26,146 nucleotides of DNA from Pseudomonadota bacterium (GTDB taxonomy: Bacteria; Bdellovibrionota_B; Oligoflexia; Oligoflexales; CAIMVM01): assembly GCA_037142195.1 (NCBI GenBank), contig JBAXBA010000049.1, forward strand, positions 1 through 26,146, read 5' to 3'. The notes under the pieces were generated by a model. That model did not search any database, was not told the origin of the DNA, and was given only the letters and a program-made list of their open reading frames with translations. Made by a program: the position numbers and the translations under genes. Positions 1 through 9,113 of the stretch are shown here, in pieces; positions within the stretch are counted from its first letter, which is position 1; each line of letters begins with the position of its first letter.

Positions 1-132
1 AGCCGGCAAAGTAGCATACCGCAGCTCATCCATCTTCTAAAAGCAGGATTGCTTTTCTTAATTTCAGATATTCAGCTTCATTTTTCTATTCAGCTTCTAA
101 TAAATGAGATCCTATGAAAAACTCGAGGCTTC

Positions 133-161
133 TAGACCTTTGCTCTTTGATGGCCTAAAAT
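133..161 (+). promoter_or_regulatory. Possible sigma70 promoter for the 219..1640 gene
   Basis: TAGACC (133-138), 17 nt spacer, TAAAAT (156-161). Confidence 0.35.
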
Positions 162-218
162 AGAGGGAATAAGAGGCGGGATCTCTACAAGAGACGCGGC
201 TCCACTTGGAAGGCCACC

Positions 219-1640
219 ATGAAATTTTTTGTTACTGCTTTCACGTTTGTAATGATCTCTAGCTGCACTTCCCTAAAAGAAGATTCTGAAACCAAAGATA
301 GGAAAGACACTCTGGAATGGATCCTAGGTGACAAGGGACTCGAAACGGAGATTGTTTTTTTACAGGGTTCCACGATTCAGAATGAATTAACGAACATCAA
401 AGCAACCTTGCAGGGTGTTTTTTACCAAAACTGGCTCATAGCGTTGCAACTGCTCAAAATCGAAATTGCTCAGTTTTCTAAAGCCTCTCCCGCAGGTGGA
501 CCGACACTCTCCGTTGCTGGGGTTTCCCTCATTGAGCGCGAGCGAAACGAAATCATTGCAGGAGGCGGGCTAAGCGTTCTAGGGGGAGATAAATTAGGGC
601 CAGGACCGGGAGACCCAACCAAATCTGACAGCACAGCACCTGTAGGTGTTCTGGTTGATCCCATAACGGAACGCGACCCTAGCAACGGGTTGAAGGCAAC
701 CACCGGAACCGGACTCGCCATCAACTTCTACCTAGCCGGTAAGGTTTATGACTTTTATGGAACTGTAAAATTTGACGATCTGGAGACAAATAGAAAACTA
801 GAGCCCTCTTTGTCACAGCCCCTTAAATATTGGCAACTGGCCTTAAGAACTGAAGCAAGTGCTCGAATTGATGCAGCTGCCATTTTCTCCTTGTTTGCCA
901 AACTACCTCCGCAAGTCGCAGATGCTTTAGGATCACTGCTTAAAAATATTGGTTCTATAGATGCGTTTATAAAGATAATAAACCGGCAAGAATGGATGCC
1001 TTTAGCAAAAAACACCAAACATCTTACCAGCTCAAATCCAACCATAAATCAAAAGCTAAAGTCGATTGGAGCTGTGTCAGAGCTTTCCGTCCTCATTGCT
1101 AATGACATTTTTAAGAAAATTTGTCTCTACAAGGGTTTTTCTGCAGCTCAATGCGAACCCATCGTTGCCTGGAATAACGGCAAGCCTGTTGTCGATCAAA
1201 TCAAAAAGAACATCATATTGCCGATCTATCGATGTGAAGCTACTTCTGCTAGAGAAAACCTAATTCCCATTTATAATCAATATGTCGTAGCGCCTACTGT
1301 CAATGAAGAGGAATATGACTTCTTCGCCGCGGACCCCAATCAATCTCCTATCATCCTCCAAGCTTTTTCCAAGGTTCCCAGCTTAAACGAAACTTGGGAG
1401 CGAGAGAATTTTGGGATTTTTGGCGGTGGTCGACAAGGGGTATTTACTGAAGAAGTCCCCCTTAAGGAATGTTTCCTAAGCGAGGCGAATCATGAACGTC
1501 GCTGTCTTAAAATTAAATACCATGCCAACGGCTATGAAGGAAAATGCGCCGAAATTAATAATGGAAAGTTAAGATCAAGTTACGGATTTTCTTTAATCAA
1601 CCAACCTCAAATCATCTACAACCCTAACTATAAGAGATAA
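219..1640 (+). CDS. Hypothetical lipoprotein, 473 aa
   Basis: Long ORF; N-terminus MKFFVTAFTFVMISSC is a signal peptide with a lipobox-like ISSC; GGAAGG upstream; several Cys in the C-terminal half; family not recognised. Confidence 0.8.
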   Translation: MKFFVTAFTFVMISSCTSLKEDSETKDRKDTLEWILGDKGLETEIVFLQGSTIQNELTNIKATLQGVFYQNWLIALQLLKIEIAQFSKASPAGGPTLSVAGVSLIERERNEIIAGGGLSVLGGDKLGPGPGDPTKSDSTAPVGVLVDPITERDPSNGLKATTGTGLAINFYLAGKVYDFYGTVKFDDLETNRKLEPSLSQPLKYWQLALRTEASARIDAAAIFSLFAKLPPQVADALGSLLKNIGSIDAFIKIINRQEWMPLAKNTKHLTSSNPTINQKLKSIGAVSELSVLIANDIFKKICLYKGFSAAQCEPIVAWNNGKPVVDQIKKNIILPIYRCEATSARENLIPIYNQYVVAPTVNEEEYDFFAADPNQSPIILQAFSKVPSLNETWERENFGIFGGGRQGVFTEEVPLKECFLSEANHERRCLKIKYHANGYEGKCAEINNGKLRSSYGFSLINQPQIIYNPNYKR

Positions 1641-1671
1641 GACCAATTTAAAGTCAAAGATTTCTTGAACG

Positions 1672-1710
1672 AAAAAGAGAAACACGCCCTTGAGGGCGTG
1701 ACTTCTTTTC
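1672..1710. terminator. Bidirectional intrinsic terminator between convergent genes
   Basis: CACGCCC-TTGA-GGGCGTG hairpin (1683-1700) flanked by an A-rich tract 5' and CTTCTTTT 3'. Confidence 0.8.
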
Positions 1711-1771
1711 CAAACGATCCTGCAACTTTACAAAACGATTCCTTTAGTCCCTGGAATGGAGGCTAAAGAAA

Positions 1772-2242
1772 TTAATATCTGATTTCGACGACTACAAACT
1801 CTTTAGCGCCTTTGGGTGCCTGAATCTCGACGATATCATCCCTCTTTCGTCCTAGTAGCGCCTGTGCTACCGGGGAAGAAAGAGAAACCTTCCGGGCTGC
1901 AATATCAGACTCAAGATCGCCCACGATTCGGTACGTTCTTTTTTCATCGCTATCTACATCAGCAATAGTTACAAAAGCCCCAAATCTAACCTGATCAGCA
2001 TTTTGTCCAGAAAAATCAACTACAGTCGCCCTTGCCAGTTTGTCTTCTAGCTCAGCGATTCTAGCCTCGATCATTCCTTGCTTTTCTCGCGCAGCATGGT
2101 ATTCGGCATTCTCGCGCAAATCTCCATGGGCTCTTGCATCCGCTATTTCTTGAATGACTTTAGGACGCTCTATTTTCTTAAGGTTATCAAGCTCATTGCT
2201 GAGTAACCCCATACCTTCTTTTGTTAACGGAATAGCTTCCAT
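1772..2242 (-). CDS. greA: Transcription elongation factor GreA
   Basis: IPLTKEG, ARAHGDLRENAEYHAARE, and C-terminal SLSSPVAQALLG motifs; 156 aa. Confidence 0.97.
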   Translation of the reverse strand: MEAIPLTKEGMGLLSNELDNLKKIERPKVIQEIADARAHGDLRENAEYHAAREKQGMIEARIAELEDKLARATVVDFSGQNADQVRFGAFVTIADVDSDEKRTYRIVGDLESDIAARKVSLSSPVAQALLGRKRDDIVEIQAPKGAKEFVVVEIRY

Positions 2243-2305
2243 TTTTTACCCTTTCTCAATTGCCAAAAACAACAGCACGTACAGTGCTGACTTTAATGAA
2301 CTCCC

Positions 2306-2334
2306 ACTATAACAAAGTCGAGCCCGATAGGCAA
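2306..2334 (-). promoter_or_regulatory. sigma70 promoter of greA
   Basis: Minus strand reads TTGCCT, 17 nt spacer, TATAGT, with an extended -10 TG. Confidence 0.65.
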
Positions 2335-2398
2335 AGAAAAGAATCAGATTAACCTGCTGAAATTAATGCTTATTTTATTAATCAATGAAACTAGCAGA

Positions 2399-3832
2399 CT
2401 AAAACGAATGACTTGCAGAGATGGCATAGGTCCTAGAGGAAGCAGAAACATCGTTTAAGGCAACGGCGCTAGCGCCGGTTTTTGCTGCTGTCCCTGTACC
2501 AGATTGATAGACGGCTCCCACTCCAATCTGGCTATTGGGCTGTACCCAAGCGAGAAAGGCAGAGCCTCCGATATAATCAATGTGATCGTTGTATTTCTTC
2601 TGAGCAAGAGAAGGTTTGTCACGATTGTCATTGTTAGTAAATAGGCCTAAGCGAACGGGAAAAGACGGAGTGGCATACCATTCTGCACCCATAGCATAGT
2701 TTAAAACTGATTTAAAATTATGATCCAAAACATCTGCATCGTTCACCGCACCGTAATAAATGGTGTCGGCTGTAATTAAGAGACGGGGAGATGCAAAATA
2801 AGCCACACCTGCTCGACCTGAATACTGTATATCTTTCCCAAAGGGTTTTGCTGTCTCACTACGATCAATTTTGGAAGTAATATTTACGGGGTAAGTCGAA
2901 CTTGTCGTCGATCCACTTCTAGTTTCTGATACTACGTCACTCGGTATAGAGTTATTGGGATCTTGGACGCCATCAATGAGCGCTGCCGTAGTATCCTTCC
3001 TAGAGTCAATATTTTGCTCAAGACCCTGGGTAATCCACTTGTTTGCAGATAAGGAGAGACCTATGGATAATTTAGAAAGTAAGGCGACTTGAACGCCTAT
3101 ACTTGGTCGAATGGCTTTTCCTTCCAATGAAGTCCTGACGTTTTGAGTCAAAACTTGGTAGCACTTCATACTGGCAGTCGCGGGAGTATTGATTTGAACT
3201 TGAGTAAGAATTTTTTTACACGGTGAATCTGCTGCGGAATCTTTTGTCACGGTTGAAGTAAATTGACCACTAAATTGGTAATCTTGGGTCAAACTATTAA
3301 AGGTACCGTAGGTAAGAGAAAGACCAATTGCTACGGAATTTGACAATCTATAGCCCAGTCCACCAGCTACATTAAAGTCACCCCCGCGAACTTGCGCCGT
3401 TCTGTGAAAGCGAAGACCCTTACTAGCATCAGCAATCTTATCGTCTTGATCTACGAGATCAGAGTCCGTTGAATAAACCCCAAAAGCGAAGACGAGGCCT
3501 TTTGCAACTTTATCGAGCTTTTGAAGACCACCAAAAAAGGAAGGCACAGAGCCGTTGGAGTTCTCTTGATAGCTAAGACCTGGAAGTATATTTTTATAAG
3601 TTACTTTCTTCGCGTAGAATGCGTTTGCTGATCCCGAGACATCGTTTGACAATGCAAAGCCTAGGCCTGCTGGATTATAGTAAACACCCGATGAGTCGTC
3701 AGCGACAGCCGAATAGGCACCGCCCATTCCCAGGGCCCTATCTCCAATAATTATATTTTGATAATGGAACTGGTCGGCATACATCACTTCGGAACATGTA
3801 ATGAGAGCAACAAACAGAGGCAACTTACGCAT
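2399..3832 (-). CDS. FadL/OmpP1-like outer membrane beta-barrel transporter
   Basis: Signal peptide; GDRALGMGGAYSAVADDSSGVYYNPAGL hatch-type motif; alternating beta-strands; C-terminal Phe; SD AAGGA. Confidence 0.85.
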   Translation of the reverse strand: MRKLPLFVALITCSEVMYADQFHYQNIIIGDRALGMGGAYSAVADDSSGVYYNPAGLGFALSNDVSGSANAFYAKKVTYKNILPGLSYQENSNGSVPSFFGGLQKLDKVAKGLVFAFGVYSTDSDLVDQDDKIADASKGLRFHRTAQVRGGDFNVAGGLGYRLSNSVAIGLSLTYGTFNSLTQDYQFSGQFTSTVTKDSAADSPCKKILTQVQINTPATASMKCYQVLTQNVRTSLEGKAIRPSIGVQVALLSKLSIGLSLSANKWITQGLEQNIDSRKDTTAALIDGVQDPNNSIPSDVVSETRSGSTTSSTYPVNITSKIDRSETAKPFGKDIQYSGRAGVAYFASPRLLITADTIYYGAVNDADVLDHNFKSVLNYAMGAEWYATPSFPVRLGLFTNNDNRDKPSLAQKKYNDHIDYIGGSAFLAWVQPNSQIGVGAVYQSGTGTAAKTGASAVALNDVSASSRTYAISASHSF

Positions 3833-3847
3833 AATTAAAGGTTCCTT

Positions 3848-4834
3848 TCACTGAACTGTAACCGTTTTTTTTGAATCTTCTTGGAGCAAATTTCTCATTT
3901 TAACAAATCTCTCAGTACCAAAGGCCCCCACAATACTTTTTGCATCTAGTTCGGTTAGAACTCCTGTCATCGACTTTATACGGTCTTCCGCCGAAGGGTG
4001 GGTTTTCTCTAAAACGGCCATGTTTAAAGCTTTCTTTCTCTCGCCAAGTCGCTTTAAAAAAGCAGGGAGCGCATAAGGAGCATACCCAGCTCGAATCGCG
4101 TATTTGACCCCTTCTTTGTCTGCTTCATACTCTAAAGACTTATCAAGGCCGGTCTCTAAAATAACACTCATACCGGCTGAAGCGGTTTGGATGATGGAAA
4201 GTCCAGCTCCTGAGCTACCTGCCAAATAACGAGCAACAAGGGCCCCCGTTTCAGATTCAGCCGGGTCTGGGCGCTTGCGAACTAAAACCGACTCTGGGAA
4301 ATCTACTCGCGATTTCTCATCCAACTTCTTTACACGATCTTCCATTTCTTTTTTGTTCATGGATTTCAAAAAATTAAACATGTGCTGTCGCCCAACGTGG
4401 GCTACTTCATGGCCAAGAATAGCTGCAAGCTCGGCTTCGTTTTTGACGTTCTTTAGAATCCCATTGGTTATTAATATATAACCCCCTGGGCAGGCAAAGG
4501 CATTAACTTGGTCGGTATTTAAAATATGAATCATGTAACGTCGGTCAGGATAGTCTGAATAAGTGCCCACAAAACTTCCGACCCGATTTACATAATTGAT
4601 GATGGCCGGATTATCAAGGGCTCCATAGAAAGCCAACATACGTCCAGCCATATTTCTACCAACTTCTACTTCAGCTCGAAAATCATCGACTTTTTTCTGC
4701 TCGCCTTCGGATAACAGCTTAGAGCCATTAGCTATGTTATTGGAACTCGTACACCCTGACTGCAGAACAAGCCCCACAATAACCATGATTAGCGAAAAAA
4801 AAGCAGCACTGAGGCGCCTCACAAAGTTCACCAT
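3848..4834 (-). CDS. M48 family zinc metalloprotease, probable lipoprotein
   Basis: VNAFACPGG, NEAELAAILGHEVAH (HExxH), EYEAD and THP motifs; lipobox-like LQSGC; ATG at 4834 preferred over TTG at 4846. Confidence 0.92.
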   Translation of the reverse strand: MVNFVRRLSAAFFSLIMVIVGLVLQSGCTSSNNIANGSKLLSEGEQKKVDDFRAEVEVGRNMAGRMLAFYGALDNPAIINYVNRVGSFVGTYSDYPDRRYMIHILNTDQVNAFACPGGYILITNGILKNVKNEAELAAILGHEVAHVGRQHMFNFLKSMNKKEMEDRVKKLDEKSRVDFPESVLVRKRPDPAESETGALVARYLAGSSGAGLSIIQTASAGMSVILETGLDKSLEYEADKEGVKYAIRAGYAPYALPAFLKRLGERKKALNMAVLEKTHPSAEDRIKSMTGVLTELDAKSIVGAFGTERFVKMRNLLQEDSKKTVTVQ

Positions 4835-5179
4835 AACTGACCCCAATTTTTAGAAGACGTAGAGTAATGTTACATCAAATTCTAAAAAAACACACTCTAT
4901 GTCCCATAGTCAGAAAAGTCGTCTAGGAGATCTTTTAGTTCATACAAGAAACTGCTGAAAGCAGCTCCTGGCCCTTGGAGTTGTTTAAACCGGTAAGTCT
5001 GCTTTGAAAGAATGAATACGCTAGGGCCCGGAACAGCCCTATTCTTTGGCAAAATCTGGCTATGACGAGCCTTATGCACTGTGCTCAGCGCTTCTACGGT
5101 ATAACTAATCACAACCTATGGTCAAAGTTAAACTTCAGAGCTTAGTAGAAACAAGTGATGGAAAACTGGATCAAAGCAT

Positions 5180-5683
5180 CTATTTTTTATTCGAAAGGGT
5201 CTCAACTTCTTTAAGGACATCTGCCTCAAGTGACTTCAAGTCAACCGAGGAAACCACCATATCTTCCATGGTGTAGACCATGCGCAAGTTAGGTTTTACG
5301 TTGCCAGCAAAAGCTGAGTCTGAGGTATCATCAAGCCCCCTCACACCCATCACCGTGGAACGAGCGCGATTATTCCCGGCATCTTCAGATTCTCTTCCCT
5401 GCTTAACAGCGTCTTTGATTGCATTTGTAACGGCCGAGGACCCAGAGGAAGAGGAGTTTTGCACGGCCATTACCGAAACAAAGCCCGGCTTCCCCTTGAG
5501 GTTTACGGCCCAATACATGCCCTTACGCTCCGTAGAAGGGATTTTCTCGCCTTTTTTAAGCATTCCAATGACAGACGACTTTTGGCTGTCTGAATAAACC
5601 TCCACTCCATCTTTTTTAGCTTCCAATTCTCCGGCTATGAGCCGATTTGAGATCAAAAAAGCCAAAATTACGAATGATTTCAT
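5180..5683 (-). CDS. Secreted SH3-like domain protein with a GVRGL motif
   Basis: Signal peptide; SH3b-like segment (VYS..S..IG.L.KGE....E.KG.YW.V...GK.GFV); STVMGVRGLD motif; SD GGAGGG supports ATG at 5683. Confidence 0.75.
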   Translation of the reverse strand: MKSFVILAFLISNRLIAGELEAKKDGVEVYSDSQKSSVIGMLKKGEKIPSTERKGMYWAVNLKGKPGFVSVMAVQNSSSSGSSAVTNAIKDAVKQGRESEDAGNNRARSTVMGVRGLDDTSDSAFAGNVKPNLRMVYTMEDMVVSSVDLKSLEADVLKEVETLSNKK

Positions 5684-5748
5684 GGTACCCCCCTCCCTTG
5701 GTGGTGGACTTATAGAAGGTTCTATCGTCAAACGGCCCCAAAGGTTTA

Positions 5749-6975
5749 CTAATCCGAAAAAAGCACGCGATAATAGTGCTTTTTGCCTCTTCTTATCAGA
5801 AGCCCCTCTTCCACAGCCTTGGGTCCAACTAAATCCTTTATAGTATCCACCTTTTTATCATTAAAGTGCAATCCCCCCTGCTCAATCAGTCGCATGACCT
5901 CCTTTTTAGAGGCGGCAATGCCTGCAAGCACTAGAAAGCTACCAACATCCATTCCATCCTTAAAATCTGCTCTACTTACATGGAGCTGAGGAATATCCAA
6001 AGGAGCACCTCCCCCCGCAAATAGGCTGGCGGCTGTATCTTTCGCTTTTTGAGCTTCTTCTTCTCCGTGAACCAGCTTTGTGACCTCAAAGGCAAGGCGT
6101 ATTTTAGCGCTATTGATCTCGGATCCTTCCAGTTTGGCGAGCTTATCAACCTCACTATCTTCGACTTCAGTCAAATAACTCAAACATTTGATCACCATAT
6201 CGTCTTCGATGTTGCGCCAGTATTGAAAAAAGTCAAAAGGAATCGTTTTTTGGGGATCCAGCCAAACGGCTCCACCCTCTGTCTTTCCCATCTTGCGACC
6301 ATCGCTCGTGGTCAAAAGCGGTAGAGTCACGCAAAAAGCCTTTTCAGCCTCAAGACGTCTTACCAATTCCACACCACCCAGCATATTGCTCCACTGGTCG
6401 TCTCCGCCCAATTGGACCGTCACCTTTTCCGTTCGAAAGAGATGAAGAAAGTCATAGCTTTGAAGAAGCATATAATTAAACTCTAGAAATGTGAGGCCCT
6501 TCTCTAAACGCTGCTTGACGCTCTCGGCGGTCAGCATGCGATTTACAGAAAAATGACGCCCAATATCCTGAAGAAAAGGCAAATATTGGAGCTTAGCAAG
6601 CCAATCCGCATTATTAACCACGATGCCTTTTTGGGGATCCGTTAAATTGACGAGCTTTCCGATTTGCGCCACTTGACGACCTATATTGATCTCAATTTGA
6701 TCCCCGGTCAGCATCTTTCGCATTTCCGTCTTTCCGGTAGGATCTCCCACGATCCCCGTTCCGCCGCCCATCACAACAGCGACACGATGACCGGCTTTCT
6801 GCCATCGCCTAAGGGCCATAATTGTGATTAAATGACCTACGTGCAAACTATCCGCTGTGGGATCATAACCGGTGTAAGCTGTTCTTACGCCACCAGCCAA
6901 GTGGTCCTTTAACTCTTCTTCGTGGGTTATTTGAGCAATCAAGCCACGCCCGCCAAGTACTTCTAAAATCCCCAT
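5749..6975 (-). CDS. tyrS: Tyrosine--tRNA ligase
   Basis: YTGYDPTADSLHVGH (HIGH), QLGGDDQWSN, KMGKT (KMSKS) and C-terminal S4-like RRGKK; start set at ATG 6975 (MGILEVL) from the GAGGG SD. Confidence 0.98.
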   Translation of the reverse strand: MGILEVLGGRGLIAQITHEEELKDHLAGGVRTAYTGYDPTADSLHVGHLITIMALRRWQKAGHRVAVVMGGGTGIVGDPTGKTEMRKMLTGDQIEINIGRQVAQIGKLVNLTDPQKGIVVNNADWLAKLQYLPFLQDIGRHFSVNRMLTAESVKQRLEKGLTFLEFNYMLLQSYDFLHLFRTEKVTVQLGGDDQWSNMLGGVELVRRLEAEKAFCVTLPLLTTSDGRKMGKTEGGAVWLDPQKTIPFDFFQYWRNIEDDMVIKCLSYLTEVEDSEVDKLAKLEGSEINSAKIRLAFEVTKLVHGEEEAQKAKDTAASLFAGGGAPLDIPQLHVSRADFKDGMDVGSFLVLAGIAASKKEVMRLIEQGGLHFNDKKVDTIKDLVGPKAVEEGLLIRRGKKHYYRVLFSD

Positions 6976-7246
6976 ACAACCCTCAACTCCCCTACAACCA
7001 AGATTTAAGCTCGGAGAATATGTTAAAAGTTTATATGGGCCTGAGCAAGGGAGAAGAGCGCGAGGTTGGCAAGAAACTTGCATAAAATAGATTGGAGAGC
7101 GGGATACGTGCCGTTTAGAAGGAGCCTCAATAAGGCAAGTTCTTATATAAGTTAAAGATGACAGCTACCTGCGGGATGTGTTATTTTTGACCTGTTGACT
7201 ATCGGTCACAAAAGTATACCTCTCCGCCCAACAAAAGGAGTAAATT

Positions 7247-7405
7247 ATGTTACCAGTATTTCGCAAGGGAGTACAAAAAGTAGAGGATGAGTTTAAGCTT
7301 GTCATCCTCAACCGTAAACCTGAAGAAGCCCCCGCTAAAGACGAGCTAAGTATCAGTAGTTGCGGAGTTTTTACCGATTCAGACGCCCCGGATGCTAAAA
7401 ACTAA
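7247..7405 (+). CDS. Small 52-aa peptide missing from the ORF track
   Basis: SD AAAAGGAG 6 nt before ATG; translates MLPVFRKGVQKVEDEFKLVILNRKPEEAPAKDELSISSCGVFTDSDAPDAKN; lies in otherwise empty intergenic space. Confidence 0.7.
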   Translation: MLPVFRKGVQKVEDEFKLVILNRKPEEAPAKDELSISSCGVFTDSDAPDAKN

Positions 7406-7506
7406 GGCCGAAGTGACATTTTCTTTGTAGGATTCGATTGAGACTTTGGACTCGATAAGGCCCAAAACACTCAAAATTGGCATCCCAATCAGGATAGCAC
7501 CATGCT

Positions 7507-7573
7507 TTTTACATAGCCTTTTTGTGCAGCCTTTATGAATAACCTTTCTACATAGCCCTGCAAAATTTACACA
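7507..7573. promoter_or_regulatory. Cluster of DnaA-box-like 9-mers
   Basis: TTTTACATA, TATGAATAA (reverse TTATTCATA), TTCTACATA and ATTTACACA each differ from TTWTNCACA at 1-2 positions. Confidence 0.4.
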
Positions 7574-7621
7574 GTTTTTTTGCAAAAAACCCCGATAAAA
7601 TAGAATTTGATCGGGGTAACT

Positions 7622-8170
7622 ATGATTGGAATGATCGGCGGGCCAGCTATATCTGGTAAATCAGAGTGGCTCATAAAACATCTCCCTTTATTAAAAGCTG
7701 TCTGGATAGGGACTGGCGACACTTCCATCGAGCCGATGCGAGGTAGGCACACCTATCTTCAAAACCTTCGTAAAAATACGTCTTCTGATTGGGGGACTCT
7801 TGAAACCATAGAATTAGCAGAAACGATTCGTACGACGACATTATCACTAATAGCCGTCGACAGCTTAACCTGTTGGATCTCTAGATTAGCGGTCGACGCA
7901 GCTCAAAGACAGTCGATTGATCAAGTTGCTCACATCCTGTCAAAAGAATGCCATCACCTTCTTCATATAATCAAGGAGCATGACTCTTTGGGCAGAGACA
8001 TCTGGCTTGTGAGCAATGAAATCGGAACCTCCCTTCCAAGCCCCCATCCCTTAGAAAGATTGATCCGTGAAGTCAACGGCAGACTCAATTGTCAGGTAGC
8101 GTCTCTGGCTCAAGAAGTCCTACGAATGGACTTTGGAATTCCTAGCAGGATCAAAGGAAATGCTAAATGA
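7622..8170 (+). CDS. cobU: Divergent CobU/CobP-like adenosylcobinamide kinase/guanylyltransferase homolog
   Basis: P-loop GGPAISGKS, WGTLE, AVDSLTCWIS, VSNEIG, NGRLNCQVA and GIPSRIK follow the CobU layout; start ATG 7622 or TTG 7607. Confidence 0.8.
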   Translation: MIGMIGGPAISGKSEWLIKHLPLLKAVWIGTGDTSIEPMRGRHTYLQNLRKNTSSDWGTLETIELAETIRTTTLSLIAVDSLTCWISRLAVDAAQRQSIDQVAHILSKECHHLLHIIKEHDSLGRDIWLVSNEIGTSLPSPHPLERLIREVNGRLNCQVASLAQEVLRMDFGIPSRIKGNAK

Positions 8171-8988
8171 AACTAAAAGGTCTCTGTAAGAAAATCTTTC
8201 CTGTATTGAGCATTTATCTCTTTTCAACCTGTGTAAGTTGGCAAGAACCCGAAAGTGATATCGTCATTAGAAAGATTGAGGTAGAGCGAAAACCAAAAGT
8301 CGAACGAATCCTAGTACTGCCCTTAACAGGTTCGGTAGATGCCGAAGGACTTGCTTCAGGAGTGATCCAGTCTGAGGCACAACGCCTACTGGGCAAAGGA
8401 GCTAGTCTAGTAGGCGAATTAGAACCCATCTACAGAGCTGCAAACGCCGTCGAGCTGATGCCACTTGCACTTCAACCTCAAATGCTTTGGTTTGAAGACC
8501 TTTTAGCAAAGACTTCAAACCAAAATTTAGTTTCAGGTGCTCTATATAGGTTCCCAGGTATGGAGTTTGGTCTTAAACTAGAAAAAGATCCCGTCTCGAC
8601 CCTTAAAATTCTTGCTGCAAATTCTCGCCAACTCGAATCGCTTTCCGATGCTCTGCAAAAAAATGACAAAGTCCTATTCCAAGAGATTCTAAATCCTCAA
8701 TTGGAAATCAAAGCTTCACTTTCCAAGTTACAATACTGGGCTGAAGTCCAATTTCAACCCCTTTGGATCGTCGCGTTCTACTTAGATGGCTCAAAGGATA
8801 GTTGGGATAAAGGACATTCTGTAACCCTAAAAATCATAGCGCTCAACTTTGAAAGCGGTGGCATTAGATTCGCAGGCAGCAGCACATTGAGTCCCACAGC
8901 AATGCCGGTTAAGTACACAACCATGCTCACAGCTCTAACGAATACTCTTATTCGAAAAGTAATAGACTCTTCGACATTAAGCCGCTGA
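8167..8988 (+). CDS. Hypothetical exported protein, probable lipoprotein
   Basis: ATGA overlap with the cobU-like stop (translational coupling); basic plus hydrophobic N-terminus ending FSTC; RILVLPL strand reminiscent of CsgG/TolB-N-like alpha/beta lipoproteins (weak). Confidence 0.7.
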   Translation: MKLKGLCKKIFPVLSIYLFSTCVSWQEPESDIVIRKIEVERKPKVERILVLPLTGSVDAEGLASGVIQSEAQRLLGKGASLVGELEPIYRAANAVELMPLALQPQMLWFEDLLAKTSNQNLVSGALYRFPGMEFGLKLEKDPVSTLKILAANSRQLESLSDALQKNDKVLFQEILNPQLEIKASLSKLQYWAEVQFQPLWIVAFYLDGSKDSWDKGHSVTLKIIALNFESGGIRFAGSSTLSPTAMPVKYTTMLTALTNTLIRKVIDSSTLSR

Positions 8989-9113
8989 CTCCCAGCCAAT
9001 GTTCGTGAAAATAAAAGTTTTCTCAAATTGATAAGCGAAATTTCGGCCTACAGCTAAATCTAGGAAGTATTCCCGTCTTTATCTTGCATGCAGCAAAACC
9101 TGCCCTAGGGAAT

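Noticed and set aside
185..1263. Short overlapping ORFs within the first lipoprotein gene, and similar ones in other genes
   Set aside because: Antisense or off-frame to long supported CDSs, with no motifs
4897..5112. 71-aa ORF between the SH3 and M48 genes
   Set aside because: Weak RBS, no recognisable features, and it overlaps a candidate promoter (TTGACC-N16-TATACC); cannot be fully excluded
6976..7246. T-box leader for tyrS
   Set aside because: No GGTGGNACC T-box motif or terminator seen on the minus strand
7379..7752. Minus-strand ORFs 7379..7585 and 7567..7752
   Set aside because: They overlap better-supported plus-strand genes and the DnaA-box-like cluster, with no recognisable protein features
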